A DNA stretch of 64,000 bases from an uncultured Armatimonadia bacterium (GCA_963749155.1 CAVVLO010000005.1:224001-288000); one strand, 5' to 3'; numbered from the stretch's first letter, positions 30,410-40,601 are shown. Numbers and translations are program-made. Notes: generated by a model from the sequence alone, not told the origin.

Positions 30410-33166
30410 ATGAAAGCCAGTCTTGTTGTCGTCCTGCTTGGCCTCGCCCTCGCCTCCCAGGCGCTGGCTTTCCAGCGGATCTATGTTGACGCGCCGGAGA
30501 CTGAGGAAGGCCTCTGGTGGGCCGCTCAGGAGGTCGCTCACCCTCGCTGGACTGTCGCCTCGAGGCCCTTGCTGCCCTTCGAGGGGCAACTTGGCGACTC
30601 AGACCTGTTTATCGCCTGGCCCGAGAGCGCTCACTGGGAGACTGCCCGCGGCTTGCTGCCCGCTGACCTCGACCTGGCGAAGCTCGGGGAGGAAGGTTTT
30701 GCGCTGGTACTGCACGGGGAAGGCGCGCTGGTGGTGGGCTTCACCCGGACAGGCGCCTTCTATGGGTTGATTGAACTGCGTCAGCGGCTCGATGACGGCC
30801 GGCCCCTCTTCACAGCGAAGGTCGAGACCTCCACCCCGATGCTGCGCTACCGCGGCCAGGCAGGCAGCTTCCCCTTCTGGCTTGGCACGACGATGTACGC
30901 GAACCAATGGTCAGGTTATGGGCCGACCGAACAGACTACCGACTGGTGGTGGTTCGATGAGGCCAACTGGCGCGGCCAGTTCCAGGAGCTTGCCCGGGGT
31001 CGCCAGAACGCCCTCGTCTACTGGCATCCTCACCCCTATCCTGCACTTGTTACGGTGCCAGGCTATCCTGAGGCCCAGTATTTTAATCCTGAACTTCAGG
31101 AGGCCTACCGCAAGCAATTTCACTGGATCCTCGAAACCGCTGCCCAATACGGCGTGCGCATCTATCTGCTGACGTGGAACATCTGTCTGACGCCAAAATT
31201 TGCCGAGGCGCAAAACGTACCCGAGTTTGGCGCCGACACGCCCCTGGTGCGCGACTATACAAAACAGGCGGTCAAGGCCTTGTTCACTGAATATCCGGAC
31301 CTCGGTGGGCTGATGACGATGGCGGCTGAGACGCCTCCAAACTGTGTCGATTTTGTGCGCGAGGCCCTCGTAGGCGGCCTTAACGAACTGGAGCCTAGAC
31401 CGCTGCTGGTGTTCTGGACCTGGTGCAGCTACCCCGACCAGGCGAAGGCCCTGCTGGATGAATACCAAGGCCCCTCTGAAGTGATGCACTACCTGCAATA
31501 CGAGCAGCTCTTCTCGGACCAGGTTGACCCGCGCGTGCGGATGACGGCCGATGCCGTAGGCCGTGATGTCGTTTGCCTGGGAGGGCTTGGCACTTCGACC
31601 GCCTGGCAGTATTGGTGCGATTTGCCCTTCCTCCAGCGGTTGCTAGCTGACCTGCCCGAGAAGCGCGGTAGTGGTTCCTTCTTCCAGGGGCTGGACTCCT
31701 ACGAGTGGCTTGGCAGCAAATGGCTCGCTCGCGAGGCCCTGGGACGTTTTCAGTGGGATGCGACAGCCGACTGGCCTGACAGTCTGTGGAAGGCCAAGCT
31801 TGCTCGCAAGTATGGCTCTCCGGAGCTTGCCGATGCCCTATGGACCGCGATGACCGAGGGCTCGGGCATACTGCTGCGCTTTGTCCAGCTAGTCCATTCC
31901 CAGACCGACCACTACCACCCTTATATTGGCCTGCCGCTGGTAAACCTGGTAGCAATGCCGACAATCGAGACCTATGTCTTCGAGAACCACGACTACATCG
32001 GCGAAGATGGCTTGATGCACCCCAATATGGGGCTCACCTGGCCCAATCCCGACTGGGGTATCCGCGTGATGGGCGTTGCCGAATATGCTCAAAGCCTTGC
32101 CGACGGAACGCCTCCCCGGGCCACTACCCCGCTGGAAGTGGCCGACGAACTGGCTACTCGCGCTCAGACGACCCTGACAGCTCTTGAGCAGTGTGATTTG
32201 CTGCTGGAAGGCCGCGAGGAAACTGAAGCCACCGAGGCTCGCAAAATATGCGCTCTGCTGCATATGAATTGTTATCTCGGTAACCACTTCGCCGCCAAAC
32301 TGCGCGCTGCCGTGGCGTGGGAGTGCTGGCGGCTGGGCATAAATCCTGAAGAAAACAAACGGCTGTGCCTCTCCGAACTGGACACGTCTCTTGCGGCCTG
32401 GCGCAAGTTGGCCGACCTGGGTTGGGAACTCCATCCTGGCGAGTTTACTTTCTGGCGGTCAGAGGTAAATCTGCAACCGCCCTGGGACCATATGGACCTC
32501 TGGACAGGCTATCAATTTGTGAAGGGTAACTTTCGCACCCAGTTGCCGTATTTTGAGCGAGAACGCGCCCTTATCGCCGAGAGGCTCGAAGGAAATCCGA
32601 AACGCGCTACGCTGCCTCTCTGGATGGAGCTTGCCGAAGGAGTAGAAGTGATTCAGCCGCTGCTTTCGTGGGATTTCGAGGAGGGCTTCCCTGACGCGCT
32701 GCCCGAGGCCCAGGCCAGGCGCAACCTGACCACTGACCCTGACGAGGTACTTGGGGGCAAGCAGTCGGCGAAGTTCGATGCGCGCGGTTTCGATCACGAG
32801 TGGGTGATGCTCGCGATGATGGCCCCCGAGGCGGCCAAACTCGAACGCGGCAAGACCTACAGGCTTGATTTTGATTATCTTGTACTCGATACTGGCGGTC
32901 GGGAGCAGACCAACCTTGGCGTCGCCGCGCATACGGACACAGGTGGCTGGGAGCGCGACCTGGGTACCAACCGGTTCATCCGGGCGCGGCAAGGCCAGTC
33001 GGGCCACTGGTTTATCCAGTTCACACCTGAGGAGTTCGACGATTACCGGATATTCTGGTCGTCCCAGTATCCGGCCGAGGTGGTGCTGGACAATATCAAG
33101 CTGGCTGAAGTGAAAGCGCTTGAAGGCCAGAGCCCTGAGCGCGGAGAAGGCGGCGCGCCCTGGTAG
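30410..33166 (+). CDS. Secreted putative glycoside hydrolase with GH67/GH115/GH20-type N-terminal domain and C-terminal CBM-like domain
   Basis: Signal peptide; LGEEGFAL...GAFYGLIEL...LRYRG; catalytic family not assignable by eye. Confidence 0.6.
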   Translation: MKASLVVVLLGLALASQALAFQRIYVDAPETEEGLWWAAQEVAHPRWTVASRPLLPFEGQLGDSDLFIAWPESAHWETARGLLPADLDLAKLGEEGFALVLHGEGALVVGFTRTGAFYGLIELRQRLDDGRPLFTAKVETSTPMLRYRGQAGSFPFWLGTTMYANQWSGYGPTEQTTDWWWFDEANWRGQFQELARGRQNALVYWHPHPYPALVTVPGYPEAQYFNPELQEAYRKQFHWILETAAQYGVRIYLLTWNICLTPKFAEAQNVPEFGADTPLVRDYTKQAVKALFTEYPDLGGLMTMAAETPPNCVDFVREALVGGLNELEPRPLLVFWTWCSYPDQAKALLDEYQGPSEVMHYLQYEQLFSDQVDPRVRMTADAVGRDVVCLGGLGTSTAWQYWCDLPFLQRLLADLPEKRGSGSFFQGLDSYEWLGSKWLAREALGRFQWDATADWPDSLWKAKLARKYGSPELADALWTAMTEGSGILLRFVQLVHSQTDHYHPYIGLPLVNLVAMPTIETYVFENHDYIGEDGLMHPNMGLTWPNPDWGIRVMGVAEYAQSLADGTPPRATTPLEVADELATRAQTTLTALEQCDLLLEGREETEATEARKICALLHMNCYLGNHFAAKLRAAVAWECWRLGINPEENKRLCLSELDTSLAAWRKLADLGWELHPGEFTFWRSEVNLQPPWDHMDLWTGYQFVKGNFRTQLPYFERERALIAERLEGNPKRATLPLWMELAEGVEVIQPLLSWDFEEGFPDALPEAQARRNLTTDPDEVLGGKQSAKFDARGFDHEWVMLAMMAPEAAKLERGKTYRLDFDYLVLDTGGREQTNLGVAAHTDTGGWERDLGTNRFIRARQGQSGHWFIQFTPEEFDDYRIFWSSQYPAEVVLDNIKLAEVKALEGQSPERGEGGAPW

Positions 33167-34003
33167 CTAATCGGCCCCGCGCAGTTTGTAGGAAGCCCAG
33201 GCCAGGACGAAGAAAACGAACTGGCATAGCACGATAGTTGCCCCTGAGGGCAGTTCCAGCGCATACGAAAGATACAGCCCTGCGCAAGTCGCGAAAAAAG
33301 CGAATATCGCAGACAAGACGACTACAGTATTGAAGCGCTTGCCAAGCAAAGCCGCTGTAGCGCCAGGTATGACGAGGAAGGCGCTGACCAGCACCGCGCC
33401 TACCAGCTTCATCGCCACCACGATAGTCACCGCCAGCATCGCAAGCAGCAGGTGACGGACCAGGCGGACGGGTATACCCGTCATTTCGGCCATCTCGGCG
33501 TCGAAAGAGATAGCCACAAGCTCCTTCCAAAGCAGTCCCACACCAAACATTATGACTAGAAAAAGTCCCAGGATAAGGTACAAGTCCTGCTGTGAGACCG
33601 CCAGGATGCTACCAAACAGATAGCTGAAAGCTTGCGCGGTGTAATTTTCTCTCAGGGCCAGCAGCACCAGGCCAAGCGCCATCGAGACCGCAAAGAAGAC
33701 GCCTATCGCCGTGTCGCTCGAGAGTTTCGAATCGCGGGTAGATTCGGTTATGAGCGCGGCGATGGCCAGAGCGAAGAGGGCTGTAATGAGATTTACCAGC
33801 GCGTTGGGACTGTCGGCTCCGGTAATAAGCAGGCCAAGCGCGATGCCGCCAAAAGCCGCGTGGGAGATACCCTGTCCAATGAAAGCCAGTTTTTGATATA
33901 CGACAAAGACTGACAAGACCGAACACAGCCCGCTTATCAACAGGCCAGCCAAAAAAGCTCTCTGCAGAAACTCAAGGTCGGCCAGGTCAGTGAAAAAAGC
34001 CAT
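33167..34003 (-). CDS. znuB: Zn/Mn ABC transporter permease
   Basis: GQGISHAAFGG, DTAIG, YLFGSILAV, KLVGAVLV, PSGATIV. Confidence 0.92.
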   Translation of the reverse strand: MAFFTDLADLEFLQRAFLAGLLISGLCSVLSVFVVYQKLAFIGQGISHAAFGGIALGLLITGADSPNALVNLITALFALAIAALITESTRDSKLSSDTAIGVFFAVSMALGLVLLALRENYTAQAFSYLFGSILAVSQQDLYLILGLFLVIMFGVGLLWKELVAISFDAEMAEMTGIPVRLVRHLLLAMLAVTIVVAMKLVGAVLVSAFLVIPGATAALLGKRFNTVVVLSAIFAFFATCAGLYLSYALELPSGATIVLCQFVFFVLAWASYKLRGAD

Positions 34004-34840
34004 CTAGAGGTCCTCGTCTTCGTGCGAGTGGAACCTGCGCTGATGCTCTTCATGCCTGTGGAAATAATAACCAAGCTCGCAGCCATAGAACTCCTTAAGG
34101 GTCTCTTCTGACAGGAGTTCTGGATGACCATGCCAGTGCATATGACGCGACAGGCAGACGAGGTAATCCACATATTCGGTCAGCAGGCCAATGTCATGGG
34201 AGACGACAATCAAGGTCAGGTTCATCTGCTCGCGAAAATCGCGCAGCAGTTGATACAGTTCGTCCTGGACGACGGAATCAAGGCCGGCGGTGGGCTCGTC
34301 CAACAGCAGCAATTTTGGTTGATTTATCAGGCTGCGGGCGATAAGCGCGCGTTGTTGTTGCCCGCCCGAAAGCTGCCCTATTGGGCGATCCTGGAGGTCA
34401 GCCAGGTCTACCGCCGCGAGCAGGTCGAGGGCGCGTTCTGCGACCTCGGGTGAGGGACCGCGTCCAAGGCCCAGTTTCCCGAAGCTGCCCATCAGGACGA
34501 CATCCTTCACTGTAGCGGGGAAGTCCCAATTGGCCTGCGCGCGCTGGGGCAGGTAGCCTACCCAGGTTTTACGGGCGCCAAGTCGGTCAGGGGGTAAACC
34601 AAACACGCTTATCTCGCCTGCCGAAGGTTTGAGTACGCCCATCAGCAACTTGAGGAGAGTGCTTTTACCGCCCCCATTTGGCCCGACGACGCCAACCAGT
34701 TCGCCTTCTCTTACTTCGAAATCCAGGTTCTGCAGCACCTGCAGTGAGCCCCAGGCAAAAGAAAGCCCTTTGGCACTAACGATGACCTGACCATCGCGCG
34801 TCTTCTCCTCAGTTGCCTGTTCGCCTGGATTAGTAGCCAC
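34004..34840 (-). CDS. znuC: Zn/Mn ABC transporter ATPase with His-rich C-terminal tail
   Basis: GPNGGGKST, GYLPQ, LSGGQQQR, LDEPT; GTG start at 34840. Confidence 0.92.
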   Translation of the reverse strand: MATNPGEQATEEKTRDGQVIVSAKGLSFAWGSLQVLQNLDFEVREGELVGVVGPNGGGKSTLLKLLMGVLKPSAGEISVFGLPPDRLGARKTWVGYLPQRAQANWDFPATVKDVVLMGSFGKLGLGRGPSPEVAERALDLLAAVDLADLQDRPIGQLSGGQQQRALIARSLINQPKLLLLDEPTAGLDSVVQDELYQLLRDFREQMNLTLIVVSHDIGLLTEYVDYLVCLSRHMHWHGHPELLSEETLKEFYGCELGYYFHRHEEHQRRFHSHEDEDL

Positions 34841-35750
34841 TGCCCAGCGCCTCCGCCAACGCGCGCCCATTGGCAAGCTGAAGCTCGATATAGCTAGTCC
34901 GCTCGCCGCCAGCACCGCCGAGGGGATCGAGCTTAACCACTTTCGCGCCGGTTTCTTTGGCAATAACCTGGGCTGCCTGATCGGAAAGCTGGGGCTCTGC
35001 GATGACAACGCGTACCTGGGCAGCTTTAGCCTGCTGGACGAGCTCTGCCAGGTGGCTGGCTGCAGGCTCTACTCCTGCATGCTCCTCGATTAGCCCAGCT
35101 TCTTTAAGGCCCAGTTGTTCGTAGAAATAGGAAAACGCGTTGTGGAAAGATATTACCGGAGCCCCTTTGTAAGGCTCGAGCAAAGCTGTCAGTTGCGTCT
35201 TCATAGCCTGAAGCTGCTTCAAATACGTCTCGCGATGCTCTTTGTATTGGCCCCCCTGCAGGGGATCTTCATTTTCCAGCCCATAGGAGAGGCGCAGTAC
35301 CAGTTCGCTTGCGAAATCCGGCCCAAGCCAGACATGCGGGTTGGCCAGGAACTCTGACTTGCGCAGTGGATGATCGGCGGCCAGCGCATCGCCCAGCTTG
35401 ATTATCCGAACATCAGATTTGGACAGAGCCTCTACAAGCTTGCCAGCCCATTCTTCAAGGCCCAGTCCGATCATTACGAAAACATCAGCTTTGGATAAAT
35501 CAGTAACTTGCTGAGGGGTCGGCTCAAAAGTGTGGGGGCTTGCGCCAGGAGGCAGCAGGCAGGTTACTTCAGCTTCGGGACCGGCAAGCTCGCGCACCCA
35601 GTCGGCAAGTGGCGGGATGCTGACCACTACTCTCAGGGGAGGATCTTCAGGCTCAAGCGGTGGCACACTGGCCTGTTGGCCAACCTGGCAGCCAGCGAGC
35701 AAGCCAGTTAGCAGGCCTAGAACAAGCAGGATCAGAGCTGGACTTTTCAT
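34830..35750 (-). CDS. znuA: Zn/Mn ABC transporter substrate-binding lipoprotein
   Basis: Lipobox LAGC; SPHTFEP, NPHVWL, FHNAFSYF. Confidence 0.92.
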   Translation of the reverse strand: MKSPALILLVLGLLTGLLAGCQVGQQASVPPLEPEDPPLRVVVSIPPLADWVRELAGPEAEVTCLLPPGASPHTFEPTPQQVTDLSKADVFVMIGLGLEEWAGKLVEALSKSDVRIIKLGDALAADHPLRKSEFLANPHVWLGPDFASELVLRLSYGLENEDPLQGGQYKEHRETYLKQLQAMKTQLTALLEPYKGAPVISFHNAFSYFYEQLGLKEAGLIEEHAGVEPAASHLAELVQQAKAAQVRVVIAEPQLSDQAAQVIAKETGAKVVKLDPLGGAGGERTSYIELQLANGRALAEALGSGY

Positions 35751-35870
35751 TTTGCTCCCTCCCAGTTATCGAATATACCACGACTTGGGCCTTAAGGTGG
35801 TTTACAGCTGCGTCAAGACTGCTATACTGCCCGGTGGTTCGTACAAATCCAAACGTCAGGGGGCGTAAAG

Positions 35871-36744
35871 ATGTATCCCGGTATTCGTGACGATATTCTT
35901 CTCGCGGCAGGTTATCCCACCCTTCTCGAAGGCCTCAAAGCAGTGGATCTCTTCAACGTTGAGATCGCAATGGACCGTGAATACAAGGTCACCAATCCGC
36001 TGGGCGGGCACCTGTGCCTTGCCGATGCGGCTGAGAAGGCCGAGTATAAGCGGATCCTTGCTGCCGAGGGAATCAAGATTGATGGTATCCTGCTCGCTAC
36101 CAACTTCAACCACGACGAGAAGCAGGCCGAGCGCGACTGGGTAGTAGGGGTGACCGAACTTGCCAAAGAGCTTGGCTGCGAGGCCATCCGGATCGACGCG
36201 ATGATGAGTGGCGAGCGCGACCTGCCCCTGGCTGAGCGCGTCGAGAAATTCGCCGAGGCAATGCGCGAGGTTATTGCCCGTACCGAAGGCAGCGGCATCG
36301 AATACGGTATCGAGAACCACGGTTTTCAGGGCAACGATCCCAACTTCCTCGAGCAGCTCTTCGATGCGGTAGGTTCGGACCGCCTTGGCGTCACAATGGA
36401 TACCGGCAACTTCTATTGGGCCGGTCATCCCATCGAGGACGTTTATGGCATCCTCGAGCGCATGGCGCCGCGCACCAAACACACCCACGTGAAGAACATC
36501 AACTATCCCGCCGAGTATCGCAACATCAAAGCGCGAACTGGGCTGGGAATATGGCAAGTATGTCAGCCCCATCTACGAGGGCGACATCGACCATGAGCGC
36601 GTCGCTGCCTTGCTCAAGGCCGCTGGCTACAAGCGGGGTTTCAACTGCGAAGATGAGTCACTCGGCAAGTTCGAGATGGACGAACGCAAGGAAATCCTGA
36701 AGAAAGACGTCGACTACCTCAAGTCTCTCTGTGACGAGAGCTAG
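35871..36744 (+). CDS. Sugar phosphate isomerase/epimerase (xylose isomerase-like TIM barrel); +1 frameshift near 36530
   Basis: IENHG, MDTGN, HTHVKN; the next frame continues ELGWEYG...EGDIDH...CEDE to TAG 36744. Confidence 0.85.
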
Positions 36745-36755
36745 CCAGTAATACA

Positions 36756-36798
36756 AAAAGTAAGGGGCGGGGGACTTGTGCCCTCGCCCCTTTTTTCT
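36756..36798. terminator. Bidirectional rho-independent terminator
   Basis: AAGGGGCGGGG...CCCTCGCCCCTT stem flanked by A and T tracts, between convergent genes. Confidence 0.8.
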
Positions 36799-36800
36799 GG

Positions 36801-37637
36801 CTAAGGGGCAGGGGCCAAAGCGGCCAGCTTGGCCTGCAAGGCATAAGGCATCATAGGGTTGGTCAGGATACCTGTCAGATACTCGGCCAGATGGTCTTTC
36901 TTGTCCAATTCGGCAAGCGCCATATCCACCATCGACTTCGGCCACAACCAGTACGCAAACTGCGTGTATAACTCCCATCTGCGCTGCTCGAGCTGCACGT
37001 CTGACATCGTGCTGACTTCATTTAGCCAGAACCGGATCTCGCTGACAGGGAAAACTTCGTGACCGGCTGAAGAGTTCTCCGACAGACTGCCGATTATATC
37101 TTCGCGAAGAGTCTCCCAATAAGTAGGATTTTCTTTCCTAATCTTACGCGAAGTTTCTATAACGCCTTGTGCCCAGTCAAATAAAGTATTTTTAATCTCA
37201 AGTTGCTTGCAGCGCTCTGGACCAAGCAGGTTTTTCACTGCCTGGACAGTGGTCTCGAGTGCCTGCTTGTAGGTTGTCTCCAGTTGGCTCTTTATCGCCT
37301 CGGCTTGCCCGGCTGCCTGGTCATAGGCCTCTTGAGTCTGGGCCTTCGCAAGCTGCTGCCTGATTTTTTCAAGCTGCGATCGCATCGCCTTATCTTGAAG
37401 CGCCGTAGCGAAGCGGAACTGCTGCCAAAGCTGCGCGAACTGAGGCCATTCTTCCGCAGTCAGTTTGAGAGCGACGAAGTCCTTCAGCAAATCGGCGTCC
37501 TGCTGGAACTCGGCCAGGTTGTACCAGTCCGGTATGGCTTCTGGCCCAGGTTGCTGAGCGTTCCCAGCCCCGCCGATTATCATCACCAGCATCAGCACGA
37601 AGAAGAGTAAAGCTTTGACTAAGGGTTTATTTCTCAT
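36801..37637 (-). CDS. Hypothetical secreted alpha-helical protein
   Basis: 278 aa ORF with signal peptide and SD GGGGG; Q/E/K/L-rich; no recognised motif. Confidence 0.7.
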   Translation of the reverse strand: MRNKPLVKALLFFVLMLVMIIGGAGNAQQPGPEAIPDWYNLAEFQQDADLLKDFVALKLTAEEWPQFAQLWQQFRFATALQDKAMRSQLEKIRQQLAKAQTQEAYDQAAGQAEAIKSQLETTYKQALETTVQAVKNLLGPERCKQLEIKNTLFDWAQGVIETSRKIRKENPTYWETLREDIIGSLSENSSAGHEVFPVSEIRFWLNEVSTMSDVQLEQRRWELYTQFAYWLWPKSMVDMALAELDKKDHLAEYLTGILTNPMMPYALQAKLAALAPAP

Positions 37638-37772
37638 TGATATCCCCCCTGACTTGATGGCCTTATGCTGTATACGCTCCAGGCAACGGTTCCGGTTTCG
37701 CTATTTGACGGATTGAGTCAGCAGGAGAATAATGCGCCTGTCCGTTTTGAGCTGGTTGTGAGGGATGCCTCG

Positions 37773-38705
37773 ATGCACCAACTGAGACCCGCTACACCCG
37801 CCGCGGCAGGCAAGTGGTATGCCGCACTGCCACCAATTGATTTGGAAACAACCGAGCTTGTAGTCGAGGCCCCAGGCGAAGGCCCTGGCAATTGGGCTGG
37901 CGCCCCTGGTATCACCTTCGACCCTCTGGGGGGCCGCTGGCTCCTAACCTGGCGCGAGCGAAGCTCCGAAAAGCGCGGCCACACTTTTCATCTTGCCGAA
38001 AGCGAAGATGGCCTGTATTTCACCGAAATCTGGGCCTGCACCGCCGCCGACTTTGAATCCGCCAGTATCGAGAAAGGCTCTCTCCTCTACTGCCCCGACG
38101 GCCTTTATCGGCTTTATCTCAGTTATGAGTGCCCAACTGGGGGCTGGCAGATAGACGTGCTGGAGGCCGAAAGGCCCGAATTGCTCGATCCCTATAGCAG
38201 ACATGAGGTACTCACCCCCAAGAGCCTTGGTACCGGCCACGTAAAAGATCCTTTCGTGCTCAATATTGGCGGCCAGTATTGCCTGTATGCGGATTTTGGC
38301 GAAGGCTACGAAGCGACTGGATTTGCCTCCAGCCCGAATGGTCGGGACTTTCACTGGCATGGCCAGGTGCTGGCACTTGGCGAGGGATGGGACAGCCTGA
38401 GTGCTCGGGCGACCTGCGTTTGCAGGATGCAGGGGCTTTGGCTCATGTTCTATGATGGCGCGCGCACAAGGGAAGAAGTGCGCGAGGAGAAAGCAGGCCT
38501 TGCGATAAGCTGGGATATGCTCAACTGGCATAAACTCAGCACCCAGAGCCACTTCTACGCTTCGCCTTTCGCTACCGGCTCGTTGCGCTATCTCGAGTGT
38601 GTGCCCTTTGAGAGAGACTCTTACTGGCTGTATTTCGAGGCCGCCAGAGCAGATGGCGCTCACGAGCTGCGCCGCGCGACCTTCAGCGCCAATTTCGAGG
38701 GCTGA
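37773..38705 (+). CDS. Five-bladed beta-propeller glycosidase-like protein (GH43/GH32/GH130 fold)
   Basis: WAGAP, SEDG, KDPFV, LMFYDG, GSLRY motifs; start approximate. Confidence 0.65.
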   Translation: MHQLRPATPAAAGKWYAALPPIDLETTELVVEAPGEGPGNWAGAPGITFDPLGGRWLLTWRERSSEKRGHTFHLAESEDGLYFTEIWACTAADFESASIEKGSLLYCPDGLYRLYLSYECPTGGWQIDVLEAERPELLDPYSRHEVLTPKSLGTGHVKDPFVLNIGGQYCLYADFGEGYEATGFASSPNGRDFHWHGQVLALGEGWDSLSARATCVCRMQGLWLMFYDGARTREEVREEKAGLAISWDMLNWHKLSTQSHFYASPFATGSLRYLECVPFERDSYWLYFEAARADGAHELRRATFSANFEG

Positions 38706-38723
38706 GGCCCCAAGGAGTCACCA

Positions 38724-39419
38724 ATGGCCTGGCTACGTCTTTCATATGATGTCGTGACCAATATGCCCGTCTGGCCGGGCACACCCAACCTCGAGTTCGA
38801 GGCCGACAGCGAGATTGCCGAAGGCTCGAGTTCGGTCTGCTTCGTCTACAGATTCTGTATGTCCAACCACGCGGGCACCCATGTAGATGGCCCCAAACAC
38901 TTCAACGGAGCGGGCAAGAGCGTCTCGGCTTTCGAAGCGGGCCATTATGTGTTCGATTCGCCGGTGCTGATCTCGCTTGAGAAAGAGCCTGATGCCCTCA
39001 TCACCGAAAGCGACCTGCTCGGTTTCAAAGAGGAATTGGAAGACGCCGACCTGCTGCTCGTGCGCACCGGATTTGGCGAAAAATATCGCCTGGCTGATCC
39101 AGAGTTCTATGTCACCCATAATCCAGGCCTGTCGGCTGGCGCGGCGCATCTGTTGATGAATCGCTATCCCAGGCTGCGAGCAATCGCCGTGGATATGGTC
39201 TCAGTCAGCGGCTACCAGCACAAGCGCGAAGGCACCCTCACCCACCAGTTGCTCTGCGGGATGGACCGGCAGGATGAGCGCGCCATAATGCTGATCGAGG
39301 ACGTTGATCTCTCAGCTCCCGAGCTGCAGGGGGGCGCGCTCGAGCAAGTCATACTCGCCCCGCTCTTCCTGCCCGAACTGGACAGCTCTCCCTGCACCCT
39401 GTTTGCCAAAGTCGTCTAG
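38724..39419 (+). CDS. Cyclase family metallohydrolase (kynurenine formamidase-like)
   Basis: HAGTHVDGPKH signature; LLVRTG; SD AAGGAG. Confidence 0.9.
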   Translation: MAWLRLSYDVVTNMPVWPGTPNLEFEADSEIAEGSSSVCFVYRFCMSNHAGTHVDGPKHFNGAGKSVSAFEAGHYVFDSPVLISLEKEPDALITESDLLGFKEELEDADLLLVRTGFGEKYRLADPEFYVTHNPGLSAGAAHLLMNRYPRLRAIAVDMVSVSGYQHKREGTLTHQLLCGMDRQDERAIMLIEDVDLSAPELQGGALEQVILAPLFLPELDSSPCTLFAKVV

Positions 39420-39499
39420 CCAGGGCAGGGGAGAGACGCGGCTGCCGAACCGGGTGGCCGGTCGTTCAACTGTAGCCAGTAGCATTGGAGGTTTCCCAA

Positions 39500-40594
39500 A
39501 TGGCCTTGCCAGAGCGCGATATCGCCCAGCGAGTTCAACGTCATAACTTCTTCCCCGAGGTGGAACTTGCAGGAGAGCGGTATTATCCACTTGTAGTGGA
39601 TCTTCACCTCCATAGCAACGTCTCGGATGGGCAGCTTTCGCCTGAGGAACGCGTCTGGGAGGCCGCTGAAGCAGGCCTGGATGCCGTCGCGCTGACCGAC
39701 CACAGTCGCATCTCGGGCAACGAACCCGCCACTCGCCTGGCCGAGCAGCTTGGTCTTATTCTGATTCCTGGTACAGAGATCCAGTTCAGCCCTTATGAGG
39801 CGCTCGGGCATGTCGTGGTACTCGGTCTCACCGAGCCGATGGACACCTCCGAAGACCACGCCGCGCTCTTCGCCGAGATCGAGCGTCAGGGCGCCATCGC
39901 TTTTTGGGCGCATCCGGGTCAGACCCTGAAACCACTGGCAGCGAAGGCTCTGGAAGAGGGCAAGTTCTGCGGTATTGAAGTCATCAATGAGGGGATCGAC
40001 AAGGATAGTGAGGGGGTGCCCTGGGGAGCCATCTCGCGCGGGGGCATCTGGTTCTATCCCAAAAGCCTGAATTGGGCCGCCCATTACGGAGTTGGCCTGT
40101 TCGCAGTCACTGATATGCATGACCCCTTCAACGATCACACCTGGCCCCGGTGCAAGAACGTGCTGCTTGTGAAAGAACGCTCTGTCGCTGGCGCCCTCGA
40201 AGCTGTAAAAGCCGGCAGGTGTATCGCCTGGTTCAAAGACCAGTTCTGGGCAGCGATGAAGCCCGAGGTTATGGGCAGTGTGCTGGGCCAGTGGATAAAA
40301 GTCCATCCACTGGTCAAGGACCGGGACTGGCAGTATCTGCGCGTCCAGAATCTGACCAGTGCCTGGCAGCGCGTCTGCATCGTGGGTGGCGCGCCAAGGC
40401 GCGGTTCGGGCGATATGGAACTGCCTCCCTATGAGACTCGCTATGTCGCCCTTCAGCCCAGTGAGCCAGGGGCTACGCTGGCTGTCCAACTGACCTGGGC
40501 AAACGGCTTTGCGCCAGTGCCCGAGGCCTGGACCGATGCGTTCGACACCGAAGAGACCGCGCGGCCTCTCTTCACAATCAACGTCTCCTGCTAG
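39500..40594 (+). CDS. PHP-domain metal-dependent phosphoesterase
   Basis: DLHLHSNVSDG, ALTDH, PGTE, GH, WAHP, TDMH. Confidence 0.85.
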   Translation: MALPERDIAQRVQRHNFFPEVELAGERYYPLVVDLHLHSNVSDGQLSPEERVWEAAEAGLDAVALTDHSRISGNEPATRLAEQLGLILIPGTEIQFSPYEALGHVVVLGLTEPMDTSEDHAALFAEIERQGAIAFWAHPGQTLKPLAAKALEEGKFCGIEVINEGIDKDSEGVPWGAISRGGIWFYPKSLNWAAHYGVGLFAVTDMHDPFNDHTWPRCKNVLLVKERSVAGALEAVKAGRCIAWFKDQFWAAMKPEVMGSVLGQWIKVHPLVKDRDWQYLRVQNLTSAWQRVCIVGGAPRRGSGDMELPPYETRYVALQPSEPGATLAVQLTWANGFAPVPEAWTDAFDTEETARPLFTINVSC

Positions 40595-40601
40595 ATATCC
40601 C

